Program-made: the position numbers and the translations under genes
Assembly (NCBI RefSeq): GCF_006345805.1
Contig: NC_042997.1
Location: 108,066,001-108,130,000, forward strand
DNA length: 64,000 nt
Reading direction: 5' to 3'
DNA from: Octopus sinensis
Taxonomy: Eukaryota
Notes under the pieces: model-generated
The model's input: the letters and a program-made list of their open reading frames with translations, nothing else
Database searches by the model: none
What the model was told of the DNA's origin: nothing
Part shown: positions 50,848-64,000 of the stretch, piece by piece
Position numbering within the stretch: position 1 is the stretch's first letter
Layout of the letters: every line of letters starts with the position of its first letter

Positions 50848-51113
50848 CTATAAATCTACCATCAGAGTCGTTCCATTTGTGACCATCTCATCATAGAATA
50901 TCACGTATATTACATAATTTCTCATTGATTCACTACGATATAACATTTAAGTGCATTTGGCTGTTTTTACACTTAAAGGTCGATGCTTCACAATATAAAA
51001 CATGAACCAAAATATAAATGTTAGAAATATAATATACTAATACCTACTAAATACATAATATATTATACTAAAATTCGAATGTTTTAGGTTATTATATGAA
51101 ATCTAGTTAAGGT

Positions 51114-51332
51114 TGCGAGCTGGCAGAATGGTTAGCATGTCTAGCGAAAGGCTCAGCGGCATTTCGTCCGTCTTCACGTTCTGAGTTCAAATTGCGCCGA
51201 GGGTCTACTTTGCCTTTCATCCTTTCGGTGTCGATAAATTAAGTATCAGTCAAGTATTGAGGTTGATGTAATCGATTTACCACCGCTCCCCCCACCCCCA
51301 CGCCACACACGGCCGAAATTGCTGGCCTTTAA
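51114..51332 (+). mobile_element. SINE family B with tail C
   Basis: Head and core as at 47459, followed by a C-rich tail ..GAAATTGCTGGCC. Confidence 0.8.
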
Positions 51333-51588
51333 ATCAAGTTTAATAAGGAAAACGGGACATTTGCTGATGGAGTTCCATAGTTCCGAGAGCTGAGTAAAAT
51401 ACATTATAAAGTTGAAACTGACTGGCAGTTCAAGTTTCGCCTAACAGCTTCTTCGACCAGTTTCTTTATTTATTCTTTCTTGTCAGTGATCTCAGAATGT
51501 CTCCTCTATACTCTGCTAAATTTGATACATGTCTGTTAATTAATTAATTAATCTCTGGCTGAATCCTTTTCCCTATCTTCTCACCCTG

Positions 51589-51659
<71 letters not shown>

Positions 51660-52865
51660 TCTACTTCTCTCTCCCCTTTTTTTCTCTGTCCACCATCTCT
51701 GTTGTCTCTATTACTCTTTCTTCCCTCCCTCTCCCCTCTCTCTTTTGCTTACCTCTTTTATCTTTAAAGCTTATTCTCCCTTTATAAATGTTTAACGATA
51801 ATCCTATCTTGTCTGTTTGTCTGTCTGTCTGTCTCTCAATTATTCCTCGACCTGCGCTTCATAATCTCTTTTCTTCTCTCTCACCCTCACTAATTTCTGT
51901 TCCGTCTTCTTGCATGTCACCCCATAATTAATTACACCACACCACGTGACATGCACACATCACTGTTGGTATAAAGGTCAACTAAGTGATAGTCAATATA
52001 CCCCCCACACACACCATCAATGTGCTCCTCCACTCTCTCTATTCTACAATAGTTTGCTAACATCACCTCTTCTTCTTTTCCTCCTCCTCCACTTCATCCT
52101 GATCCTCCTCCTTCCTCCAAACCAAATTTCTCTACAAAAATCTGCAACATAATCCTTTTTTCCCACCAAACTTGTCACCCTCTCCTTTGAATCTCTCCAA
52201 ATTTTCTCCATATATTTCCTCGCCATATCTTCCAACCATGCTTTCCTTACAACATCCACCCCCTACCCTACCCCAAAATGTATTCTTCGGATATAACACC
52301 AACATAGGTTCCGGGGGTAATATGAAATTTCGGACACTGGAGAGAGTCGTCTGCTCTGGTAACAATGAGTCTCAAACGGAATTAGGTGAGTTTGATTTAC
52401 ACAAGGGTGGGGAATCTAACATTGCAGAACTTTGCCCTCCGTCTGACGATCAGGAAGAGAGGGGTAGAAAGAGAAGGAGAGAGGGAGAAAGAGGGGAAGA
52501 GAAGAGAGAAAGAAGAGTGGTGTGAGAGGGTCGAGAGTGTGGAGTGAAGCTTGAAATGGAGTGTGGAGGGAGGAGATAGAAAGAGTGAATGTCTGAGGCG
52601 AGGTAGGAGAGCAAGGTGGTGATAAGGAGAGAGAGGCCAACTGGAATAGCTTTGTGGAGGTCAAAGTTCAACAACTTTAACAACCCCAGTTTCTTTCATA
52701 CTCCCTTCAAATGGTCAATTTCCACTCCGGTCTAAGTCCATTCCACTCATTCATTTACATCCCACCCCAGACTTCCCGCTCTCTCACACTATTTCGTACT
52801 TTCCTCTCTCAGCCTGCATCTAACCTCGGCAGCTTCATCATTTGCATCGCGCGCGCGCACGCACA

Positions 52866-52921
<56 letters not shown>

Positions 52922-52990
52922 TCTTCACTCTTAAATGAAGAGAATAGAACCAAAACGTTACATTCTTCACACTTCAATCTCAGCAGAACA

Positions 52991-53230
52991 TAGGAGGTCT
53001 GATCAAAAAGTACCGGGGCTGTTGCTATGGTAACGGAGCTAAAGTACGCGGTGTGAGGCCACTTGGCACTGATTGACTTGAATTCTGTCTAAGTTACAAC
53101 GTTCTCGCTGACTTCTGTTGTTTATAGCAGTGCTTGGAAGTAAAGTGTGTAGAGTGTGGTCGTTTCAAAAAGAAGATCGGATTTCAGCTACGCAGGCTCT
53201 CCCTGATTTTGTCAAGAAAGACTAAAGCAA
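52991..53230 (+). mobile_element. Mariner-type 5' end fragment
   Basis: TA-GGAGGTCTGATCAAAAAGTACCGG resembles mariner TIRs. Confidence 0.5.
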
Positions 53231-53236
53231 ATTAAT

Positions 53237-54335
53237 TTTAAAATGGGGTAGGACAGTCTTTAGCAGTAATTTCAATTTGAATTCTACGGGGTATGAACTC
53301 GTACAAAGTTTGAATTGTTTCCAAAGGAATTTCTGTCCATTCTTCTGCTAAAACAGTCTCCAGTTCTTGTAGTGATGATGGTGGAGGATATAGACTCCTT
53401 ACTTGTTCTTCTAAAATGTACCATAAATGTTCAATGATATTGAGATCTGGGGGATGTGGTGGCCAGATAAGATTTCAACTTCAATAGAATGTTCCTTGTG
53501 CTATGCAGTAACAACTTTAGCTGTGTGAATTGGTGCATTATCATCCTGAAAGATTGCGTTTCTCTCTGGAAACAGTTTCGCAACCATAGGATGAATTTGA
53601 TCAGATAAAATGCTTAAAAAGTCTTGACTATTAATTCTGCCCCACCCCCACCAATCATCACAGATCCTCCTCCATGTTTAACAGTTGGAAGAAAGCAGTC
53701 TAGGTCAAATGCTTCTTTTGGCTGTCTCCACACGTATACTCGGCCAGTGGTCGGAAATAAGGTAAAGGATGACTCATCCGAAAAAATAACATTCTTCCAC
53801 TACTTTAGGGACCGATTCTGTAGGTTTTTACTCCACTCTAAACGCTTTGCAACGCTTGTTTTCGAAAGTAGTGGTTTTCTGATTGCATCCCTCTCATGAA
53901 ATCCGACTTTGTGCAGCTCCAGGCGAACAGTTTTTGTGGAAACTGGTTTTTCGAGGTGGCCATTAAGCTCTGCAGTAATTTTGGGAGCTGTACTTTTGTG
54001 ATCTTTTCAAACAATTCGCGCAAGAGTTCGACGGTCCCTATCTGAAAGTTTTGGTTTTCTTCCGGAGTTTTGTTTCGACGACGAGGTTTTTCCCTCTTTC
54101 TCAAAGGTTGTCATTACTTCGAGACAGTACTTCTTGATACACCAAACATTTCGGCTGTTTCTGTTATGCTAGCGCCTGCCATACGAGCACCAACAATTTG
54201 ACATCTTTGAAATTCCGATAGATTGTCATTTTAATGAATTTTAATTTTCTTTTTCTGTTGATATCTGAAACCCCCCCCCCCCAGCAATTTTAGCAAAACA
54301 TATTAAGCAACGCTAATGATAAATTAATAAGAATA
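53237..54335 (-). mobile_element. Tc1 transposon, second copy of the 1240-2470 family, TIRs lost
   Basis: Colinear with copy 1; retains IFSDESSF; ATG at 54229; stops and frameshifts. Confidence 0.92.
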
Positions 54336-54339
54336 AATA

Positions 54340-54545
54340 AATACCTTTTTTCTCTGTCTTCAAATCCCATGATCGGACTTTCTTTGTTTCGGTTTTGTTT
54401 ACATTTTGAATATCATTTATGTACTGTTTTACAGTAGTAGCCAGAGCATAAAGACAGGCGTTAATCTGCCAGAATGTAGGTTCCTCACACTGTTGTAAAA
54501 ACTTATCACCAATTGCGTTAACAGCTTTTAATACCGTATCTGGTA
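54340..54545 (-). mobile_element. Possible RLE-type LINE N-terminal fragment
   Basis: FWQINACLYALATTVK resembles a WxINxxxYAxA motif I recall from R4-like ORFs. Confidence 0.3.
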
Positions 54546-54555
54546 TTAAGACCAC

Positions 54556-54668
54556 AATTTCGGGGGATGGGAGGGAGTAAGTCGATTAGCTCGACCCCCC
54601 CCCCCAGTGTTGAACTGGTGCTAATTTTATCGACCCCAAAAGGATGAAAGGCAAAGTCGACCTCGGCA
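54556..54668 (-). mobile_element. SINE family B core with tail C
   Basis: TTTATCGACCCCAAAAGGATGAAAGGCAAAGTCGACCTCGGC. Confidence 0.75.
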
Positions 54669-55146
54669 GTGGAATCCTTTGTTGGGTTCATCCAATTAAA
54701 ACGAAGTGAGACTGAGAACATGACGGATATAATTTTAGACCAACTTATATAAAAGGAAATTTAAAGATTTATTTGTTTGTACGTGGCACTTCGTCATGCA
54801 AACATAATATACTACTGTAGTATTGTGCTTACATAGCGAAGGGCCACGTACCTACAAACCTTTGATGTTTACATGCCAGCCCCAGGAATGCGTCTACTAT
54901 GTATAATTGGTATATCCAATGACTTAACACCACTGTGTGCGGTAGCTACATAAGCAATGTATTGGGAGGCAATAATGAGTTAGATGAGTGCGGATGAAAG
55001 GGCAACAATCCCCGAAATATACACTCGTTACTCACTTTTGATTCGATCCTATTGAATGGTTACATCTGACGTCTCGATACGAGACGTAGCAAGAATCAGT
55101 GCTGGTTATAAGTTCTAAAGAATATCTGTAGAAATAACCTTAACAT

Positions 55147-55570
55147 AGGCGTAGGAGTGGCTGTGTGGTAAGTAGCTTGCTTACGAACTACATGGTTCCG
55201 GGTTCAGTCCCACTGCGTGGCACCTTGGGTAAGTGTCTTCTACTATGCCCTCGAGCCGACCAAAGCCTTGTGAGTGGATTCGGGAGACGGAAACTGAAAG
55301 AAGCCCGTCGTATATATGTATATATATGTATATATGTATGTGTGTGTATATCTTTGTGTGTCTGTGTTTGCCTCCCCCCCCAACATCGCTTGACAACCGA
55401 TGCTGGTGTGTTTACGCCCCCATGACTTTGCGGTTCGGCAAAAGAGACCGATAAAATAAGTACTAGACTTACAAAGAATAAGTCTTGGGGGCGATTTGCT
55501 CGACTAAAGGCGGTGCTCCGGCATGGCCACAGTCAAACGACTGAAACAAGTGAAAGAGTAAACGAGTTAA
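55147..55570 (+). mobile_element. SINE family A, full length
   Basis: GGCGTAGGAGTGGCTGTGTGGTAAG..GGTTCAGTCCC head, internal microsatellite, conserved tail. Confidence 0.92.
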
Positions 55571-56163
55571 CAAAACAAAAAGAAATGTTTTTATAACATT
55601 GTCGATCTCAGCGCCAGGACATTGTTGCATAATGTTTGCTTATAAAAATGGTGATCAACAGAAGACTTATGCAAAAACCAAAAGGCTACTTTTTTGTAAA
55701 CTGCGATATCCTTTCTCTCAATGTGATTGGGCTGCTTGCTGCTAACTACGATGTATTGATGATAACGTTTTCGGTACGATTTTGTCGCTTTACTTACACT
55801 TTTCCTACTCATCTTTCCATTGGCAAAAGGTGAAAGAAGCCATATTCATTGTAGGGAAATATTGAACCTAAAACTCGTTAGCGTTACTGAAGAGTGTTTG
55901 AAGTTCTCGTTATAGATTGGTAAAGCAGGGCTGATTAGCAAATAGAACTGTTGTTAGAAGAGGAGATAAAGTATCTGTTGAATCCAATTATAAAATTTCA
56001 TTTCTTAGTCTCCGTTTGGATTTTGGCATAACATATCTGATGGATTGTGTTCAGAAGCGACACGAAGAGTATAACAAGCTTAATGGTGTTTGTTGTTGTT
56101 TAGAGACTTATATATACTTATATATACACGTACACACATACGTATACACACATACATACATTC

Positions 56164-56548
56164 TATATACTTATACACATTCACACAAACATAACGTATA
56201 TATGTATATATGTAGTGTACATATATGATTGCTTGATATTCTGTCTGAAGAGTTTTTAATAAATCTCTTACATGTTTCTTCCACACGTGCAATTTTGTAA
56301 CTCCTATTAGTAAAAGAAACACATGTAATGGTGAATAAATAATACCCCAAAGTTTTATATACTTATATACATCCACACATACATAATGTATATATGTATA
56401 TATGTAGTGTACTTTTATGATTGCTTGATATTCTGTCTGAAGAGTTTTTAATAAATCTCTTACATGTTTCTTCCATACGTGCAATTTTGTAACTCCTATT
56501 AGTAAAAGAAACACATGTAATGGTGAATAAATAATACCCCCAAAGTTT
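56164..56548. repeat. 192-bp tandem duplication, 2 copies
   Basis: Units start at 56164 and 56356; repeated peptide in ORF 56080..56571. Confidence 0.9.
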
Positions 56549-57631
56549 TTCAATCTCCTGTTTACACACACACTGGGAAATGATGTTAACCTGAAGTGTA
56601 ACCTCTCTTCGACTCGTGACTGCTATATCACGTCATCTCTTGAAGGTTATGTCCTTGTATTCCAAGAAGATGGGAATGCCATGAAACATTTCAGGAACAA
56701 ACAGGAACTTTTCTAATGTTTCGGTTGTTGTCCTTCTTCGGAGTCGGGTGTAGAGGGCAAAGGGAAGAGGAAACTGAAGAGGATAAACTGAAAAAATACA
56801 GTAAAAAAACTTAAAAACTTAAAATATCATCGCAGGGAAAAACAAATCCGCGTTAGTCTGCATGTTGGGCGTTGACTGACCGGAAGTTGGATGATGGGCG
56901 CTAAATGAGGTTGTTTCAAGAGATATTAGTGAATGCAAGGAGAAGCATAAGTGTGTTGGTGTGTGTGTAAGAGAGAGAGAGGGAGAGAAAAAGGGCGAGA
57001 GAGAGAAAGAGAGAGAGAGTGAAAGAAAGAGAGGGAGAGAGAAAAAGGGAGAGAGAAAGAGAAAGAAGGTGAGAGAGAGGCCATGTAGGAATAGCATTTC
57101 GAGTCTGTCTGTTTGTCAGTCAGCCTTTGTATCTATCTGTCTGTCTACCTTTCTGTCTATTTATCTATTTATTTATCTGTCCGTCTGTGTGTCATCTATC
57201 TATATACACCCGTCTAAACCTCAACCTCAACCCAAATCTCTGTATTCACTTAATTAAAAATAAGGACAACCTCAGCCTTTCGCTCTAAAAGCTGTTTTAA
57301 TCGTCCGGATCTCTACCTCACCGATGCTTTGTTAATATCCAACTCCATACATTTAACTCCATTGATCTGCAAATTACCCACAGATTAAATCATAACTTCA
57401 GGCCTATCCTGTTGCTATGGAAACGCGTCTTTCTCCAGTGACCACCCCTGTGGATTTCTTGTAGCTGTTTTGTATTTTCTAATCAGCTTTATGAGCATCC
57501 GTCAAAGAATGATAATCCGTCTGCCCCACCTCTCCTCTCTACCCTTTCAGTGCATATATATACGCACATACACATGCACACGCACACATACATTACGTGT
57601 GACTGCGTGTATATATATATATATATATATA

Positions 57632-57679
<48 letters not shown>

Positions 57680-58158
57680 GAAATAATCAATATAAGACTT
57701 AATTTATTAAACAAAGTTCAATAAATTTCATCAAATGAAAAAGACGAAGCAGATTGGATGTTAAAATGGATTATCCTTTTATTTCATATTCTCAGACAAT
57801 TGTTTCTGACAAAACCAAGATTTCCATAAAGAGAACATCATAAAGGTCGAATTTGTACGCTTCAGTAGGTGAGATTTAAAGGACAATAAAACTAAACAAA
57901 AAGACGTTTAAAATATACATAGATTTTTTTCTTAGTTATTATTATTTAGATAATTGTATATTCTAACTTCCACTCACAATTATTTGAATCGAGACTAAAA
58001 ACATTAAATGATTTGGCTGCTTAAATATCTAATATTTAATTTTTGACCTCCTCACTATTAAATCCAATATATATCTATTTAAAAAACTCTTTGAAGAAAA
58101 TACTGGTCAATATATATGTATATACATACATACTTACATACGTACATACATATCTATA

Positions 58159-58210
<52 letters not shown>

Positions 58211-58365
58211 TATATAAACAGACAGGTTGATAGATAGATAGATGATAGATAGATAGATAAACAGACAGATAGATAGATGATAGATAGATAGATAGATAAA
58301 CAGACATATAGATAGATGATAGATAGATAGATAGATAGACAGATAGATAGATAGATAGATAGATA

Positions 58366-59408
58366 TGTTTCTTTATTAGCCACACAGGGCTGCACACAGA
58401 CGGGACAGATTACAGATTTCTTTTGGGGGAGAGAAAAAAAAAGAGGTGGCTTAGGTTTTCGATCAAAAGGGATCGTAAAAGGGAAAGAAGAAAAAAGGGA
58501 AAAAAAGAAAAAAAACGTTTAATAGGGATCATGTATCACAGTGTCATGGTGTAAAGTGTAAAGGGGGAAGCAGATAAGGTTTATACGTGGGAAGAAAAGC
58601 CTACAGAGAAGACCACGGTAACCTCGGTCAATGATGTTACATGTTACCACATTTGTTTGCAAGTAGGTAACCCTCTGTTTTAAATTTTCCGGGTTCATAG
58701 GATTATGCTCAAGGTGGCTTCGTCATTCATACGTTCCATCCTTGCTGCATTCACCCATCTTTTTTTTAAACATTCGCTAGACAAAATTTGCCTCTCTACT
58801 CTCACTTTCCTTTTCAAGTGATACTTGAAAAAGTTGATGAGAGATTGACCAGAGAGGAAAGTGTTTGTCTTCAATACTTTCAGACGCGTCCACCAGATAC
58901 ATTCTTTCGCCATAGCCACAAGGATGATGTAAATAGCTCTTCCTTCCCGTTTGAAGGAAGGAGGCGTGACGATATTGACGATAGACTCGGCTGATAACCC
59001 GACTCGTCCCACACGTAACAGCAGTCGTTCGACATAAGCCCACAGGTCGGAAATTGTTGGACACTGCACGAGTGCATGCAGAACAGTTTCGTCGCTCTGA
59101 CCGCATCTCGGGCAGGTCGTCCCGTGTTTCTCGAGCCGTTTCTGTAGAGCTTATCCCGAACGAGTAGCGCTTCTCGGTAGCACTGCGAGGCCAGGGATCT
59201 CTGGAAGTTGTCCATGGGCCCTGGCCCGAAAGTCGTCCTGAACAGGCGGGTGAAGTATTCCTCGTCGACGTCCAGGTTCGCCCCGAGCTCGTCGTCGTAC
59301 CTCCCCTCCACTAAACCCCAATAGAATACTTTGGTTGTGTTGAAGCCACTCAAGGTCGACCCGGGACGGCACAGTTGCTTGAGAGCAACGCGACACTCGC
59401 GGTGCCAA
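58366..59408 (-). mobile_element. 5'-truncated Tx1/L1-like LINE within (TATC)n
   Basis: ORF2 C-terminus with zinc knuckle CPRCGQSDETVLHALVQC (frameshifted), stop at 58695, 3'UTR, AATAAA at 58372-58377; (GATA)n on both sides. Confidence 0.85.
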
Positions 59409-59427
59409 GATAGATAGATAGATAGAT

Positions 59428-59790
<363 letters not shown>

Positions 59791-60706
59791 GTTTGCAGCG
59801 AGTTTGAAATAAATTATACGCATATGTCTATAAACATGCATGTATGCATTTATGAACATATGAGAATAATCTATTTCAAACTCGCTGGCTTACCGATGAG
59901 TACGATGGATTAAAGTCAGTTGCACAAAATATTTTGGTACAAGAAGATAATTCTGTGAAATAACTTACAACTGTAACAAACTCTATAAATTTAGAACACA
60001 GATGTGTATTGAGCACTTCTAGGTTTTTGCCTAGAATACACAAACCACAAAATACTGTTCCTAACGTACTGCTACTTTATACAGAAAAAATGTGACAACC
60101 GGAAGAGGCAGCGGTTAATTTTATGACTATTTTAAAATGTCTGTGATAGTAAAGTCTTTAAAACTTATTTATTAATATTCTTTGATTTTTGTTATTTTAC
60201 ACAGGCTTCCTCCCATTTGTAATTTCCGGAAGTTCATCCGAAATCTCCCGTGAATTATTTGAGACGAGAAAATGCTTTTTAGCGTTTTCAATCTGTATGG
60301 CACAACACATAAAAAACGCTACAGATACAAAAACACATCATAGCCATAGTATAGGCACAGCACACTGTAGTCTTGCACTTCGTCACGTTTCATAGCAACG
60401 ATTTAACTGCAAAAATGGCAGTAAATTTCACTATTATTTCTTCATATATAACTTGGTTAATAAATCTACCTTTCCACGAAAATCATTGGAGTCGATTTTA
60501 TTAGGCTTTTTGATACCAGACTTCCTTTGAAACATGTCACTTCTGTTAAAATACAATGCCTCAATTTTGAAAAAAATGACAGATTTAGTAAAATAAGTTT
60601 CTTATTATCAAGCTGGTATTTTAGAAGTTGTAGAGAGGATTACTAAGTTCGTATTTGGAACGTAAATTTATCATGAAATTGTGATGGAATATTTTAATTT
60701 AGGTAA

Positions 60707-61083
60707 TCTCTCTCTATGTAAAGCTGAAGTTGTCTGTGTATGGCAGGTTTGGTAGCCTTCAACTAACACTATCTCCTCCGAGACCCTGCGGCGCAAGTTG
60801 ACCAAAATTGAGAATATGATAGAAGGCTTGCTCTTCCTTCCGTAGAAGAAAAATTCAAATCGGACCAAAAATTATTTACATCAAAAAGATGCTTTTTTCC
60901 TATGAAAATCCCTATTTTTTACGATTTTTTGACTGCTGTGTCGCCATTTTTCGGTGTATTTCAACTAGAAAAATGTTCACTTAAAGAGAATAACAAGCTA
61001 CATAATGCAAAATTTTTACTTTTCGAAAATTCCAATTCTAAAGGGTCGAAACAAACCCGAGCAACGCCGGGCGATACTGCTAG
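60707..61083 (+). mobile_element. Non-autonomous Helitron, copy 3
   Basis: A|TC...hairpin...CTAG|T; small deletions relative to copies 1 and 2. Confidence 0.85.
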
Positions 61084-61279
61084 TTTTAATGAAAAAGTTT
61101 GTAGCATAGAACCAGAAGCGATCTCAGGTAGTTTGGTGGCAGAAGAGTTAAAGAATTTTGCTGGTTGTAATTCCTATTCAAAACTTTGGAGACTTTATAT
61201 CGCTATCATTCCATTGCTAAATAAATGGAATTAGTAATACAAATCCTCAGTTGTTGAATTAAAAGGTAAGCAATAGGCG

Positions 61280-61430
61280 AAGGCGTGGCTGTGTGGTAAG
61301 AAATTTGCTTCCCAACCACATAGTTCCGGGTTCAGTCCCCCTGCGTGGCAACTTGAACAAGTGTCTTCTACAACACCCTCGGGCCAACCAGAGCTTTGTG
61401 AGTAGATTTGGTAGACAGTCTGTACACATA
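61280..61430 (+). mobile_element. SINE family A head
   Basis: GGCGTGGCTGTGTGGTAAG..GGGTTCAGTCCC. Confidence 0.8.
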
Positions 61431-61486
61431 CACACACACATATATCTTCTTCTTCTTCTTCTTCTTCTTCTACATACATACATACA

Positions 61487-61596
<110 letters not shown>

Positions 61597-62181
61597 CGTG
61601 AGGTCCTGTCTGCTTGCACCGCAAAGTGAAACTAAAACCAGACACCATCTCTATGATTTTCTTTCTATGGCTCCCCTATTCTCTTCCGCCCCCTCTATAT
61701 TCTCTGTATGTCTGCCTGTCTGTCTGTCAGCCATGCTACTTCAAACAGATTCTGTCTCTTTGTCCCGTAAAGTGAAACTAAAACCAGACGCAGTCTAACG
61801 ATGATTTTCTTTCTTCTCTGTCTATTTTCCCTTTCTTTCTTCTTTCTTTCTTTCTCTTCCTTTTTCCCGTTCACTCTCTCTCTCTTTCTCTCTTTGTCTC
61901 TCTTTGTCTCACTTTCTTTCTCTCTCTCTTTCCCTCACTAAAAGAACAACTCAATTGACAGTGTTGTTGATGATCAGGATGTATTGTTAACTACCCCATT
62001 GAATTTTTGAACTCACCAGAACCACCAGGTACAGCTCCTCATTGTCTTCACCTGACAAAAAGGGATTCCTATTATGCTATTGCATAAATTGTCTCATCCA
62101 AGTTGGTCGACCGTTAAGTTCCAAGATCACAGCTAAGGCTGGATTAAGGATCTGTGTTAGGGTTCCGTTATAGCAGGGATA

Positions 62182-62329
62182 ATATTAGAGGAAAAGTCAA
62201 AAACCAAGGCAGAACGAGTATCTCATTTAGAATAATTTAATTACGGTAAGAATTCACTTTACCTGAATTAAATAAGTCTAAATTACTTGCGATACTCGTT
62301 CTGCCTTGGCTTTGATTTTTCCTCTAATA

Positions 62330-62330
<1 letters not shown>
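62182..62330. repeat. Inverted repeat with about 40-bp arms
   Basis: 62182-62222 vs 62291-62330, with 2 substitutions and 1 indel. Confidence 0.85.
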
Positions 62331-62414
<84 letters not shown>

Positions 62415-62419
<5 letters not shown>

Positions 62420-62605
62420 TTATCCTTCAACCACCGCTTGTTAGTTTGTTTACTTCTTCGTAACATAGCGGTTCGGCAAAAAAGTCCGATGGAATAAGTA
62501 CGAGGCTTTAAAAAAAAAAGCACTTAGGTCGATTCATTCGACAAAAAGTTTTCCAAGGAGATACTCCAGCATGGCCGCAGTCGAATCACTGAAACAAGTA
62601 ATAAA
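62415..62605 (+). mobile_element. SINE family A tail
   Basis: CATAGCGGTTCGGCAAAA..GAATAAGTAC..CCAGCATGGCCGCAGTC. Confidence 0.75.
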
Positions 62606-63025
62606 CATATAAAAAAAAAGACAGCTAACAATAGACCGAAAGGGTGATGCTGTACGGGTTAAAGAAGGCAGCAACGCTTCACAGTCGCCAACTCCTGAAC
62701 AATATTCAACCCAGTTCTTCGCCTCCAACCAATTTACCAGATTTTTAAATGACTCAAACTTGGCTAAAGTGCTTAAATGGGTTTTTGAGGGGGAGCCGTG
62801 GAAGGGGTTGGGGGTGGGAGAATAATTCTTGTAGCGAGTTTTAGTATATGACTAATAATTACATTTTGTAATGATTATGTTGCTTGTTTTTGGTTTTTAG
62901 TTTTGCTCATCTTGTTTGTATTCGCAACTAAATGGAGCGGAGAAATCAATATGGAGCGCTGGCCAAATTATCGAACAATACAACAAACTAACACTATATA
63001 TATATATGTATATATATATGTGTGT

Positions 63026-63058
<33 letters not shown>

Positions 63059-63073
63059 ATATATATACGTATG

Positions 63074-63161
<88 letters not shown>

Positions 63162-63842
63162 ATATATATGTATGTATATACATATATATATATGTATATA
63201 TATGTATGTATATATATATGTATATATATGTATGTATATATGTATATATGTATATATATGTATATATATATTTATGTATATGTATATATATGTATGTATA
63301 TGTATTTATGTCTGTCTGTCTGTCTGTCTGTATGTATGTATATAAAGGAAACCCTAATTCACTTCTGGTAAAACATTGCGATATTGAAATAAATAATTCA
63401 TTAGAAAAAGGAACAATTGTTGGTGAGAGGGAAGGAGGGGAGGGACGCACAGACGCGTGTCTGACATCAGCTGTGAAATATGTGCGACTTCGGCGGAGTG
63501 AGTGGAGTTGATTGTTTCACACAAACATGGAATTGTTGCAATAAGAGCACGACTTTCAATAATGTTCGCTCTTCAAACACAAGAGGAAGAAATACCAATA
63601 ACTGCGGAAGTAACGCATTCCAGAGATGATATCCGGTTGAAACATCCGTAATTATTAATGAATAACAACAGAATTGATAGAATAATGGACAAAATGTCTC
63701 GTAGTATTTACATTCTGTGTTCGAACCCCACTGAAGCCAACGTTAGCTTTTTATCATTTCCCGGGCCGGCCAAATACTGGAAGACGCAAACGACTTGCCC
63801 CCTCCCCTTAAAATTGCTGGCTCCGGGCTAAAATTCAGAAAT

Positions 63843-64000
63843 TGTTATTATTATTATTCTTTTTATCTCAAGTTTTGTTGGAACTCTTGGATTCTAGCAT
63901 GCGTAGCGGGCTTGCTGCCTGCAGCCTACGGTACCATGCTATCCGTTCTCTTCAACTATTTAATATTTTCCTTATTATTCTGGCCGTGCCAAAGAGGTAA
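63843..64000 (-). mobile_element. 3' end of an RLE-type (R4/Dong-like) non-LTR retrotransposon at (TAA)n
   Basis: ORF end YLFGTARIIRKILNS* (63999-63952) matches the LLGTAxILRKVL terminus of RLE elements; about 95-nt 3'UTR, then (AAT)n. Confidence 0.65.

Noticed and set aside
63873-63996. Plus-strand exon-like segment (AG...GTAA, two open frames)
   Set aside because: The minus strand gives a better explanation: RLE-element C-terminus LFGTARIIRKIL*, 3'UTR and (TAA)n.

Overview
AT-rich, microsatellite-dense eukaryotic DNA. The SINE and repeat families look like those of an octopus (cephalopod) genome; this is my recognition, not a database result. There is a 100-N gap at 34168-34267. No complete host gene is supported. 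One possible first coding exon (35103-35149, +) follows a CpG-richer 5'UTR-like stretch, so the right half of the window may be one long intron. Nearly everything interpretable is transposon-derived. Penelope-like elements (PLEs) include an open 525-codon RT-thumb/GIY-YIG ORF at 16457-18034, a near full-length decayed copy at about 27950-30700 (-) and several fragments. Their pseudo-LTRs (pLTRs) carry hammerhead-ribozyme motifs. Also present are a Tx1/L1-like LINE 3' end within (TATC)n, an R4/Dong-like 3' end next to (TAA)n, RTE and CR1 remnants, two Tc1 copies, mariner/pogo/hAT derivatives, a Helitron Rep pseudogene, four non-autonomous Helitrons and several tRNA-derived SINE families. Most worth a second look: a recurrent non-canonical hammerhead core at three PLE ends, one intact canonical hammerhead, a SINE tail matching the Tx1 LINE 3' end, a GIY-YIG nuclease split by about 790 nt of low-complexity sequence, and several fold-back structures.
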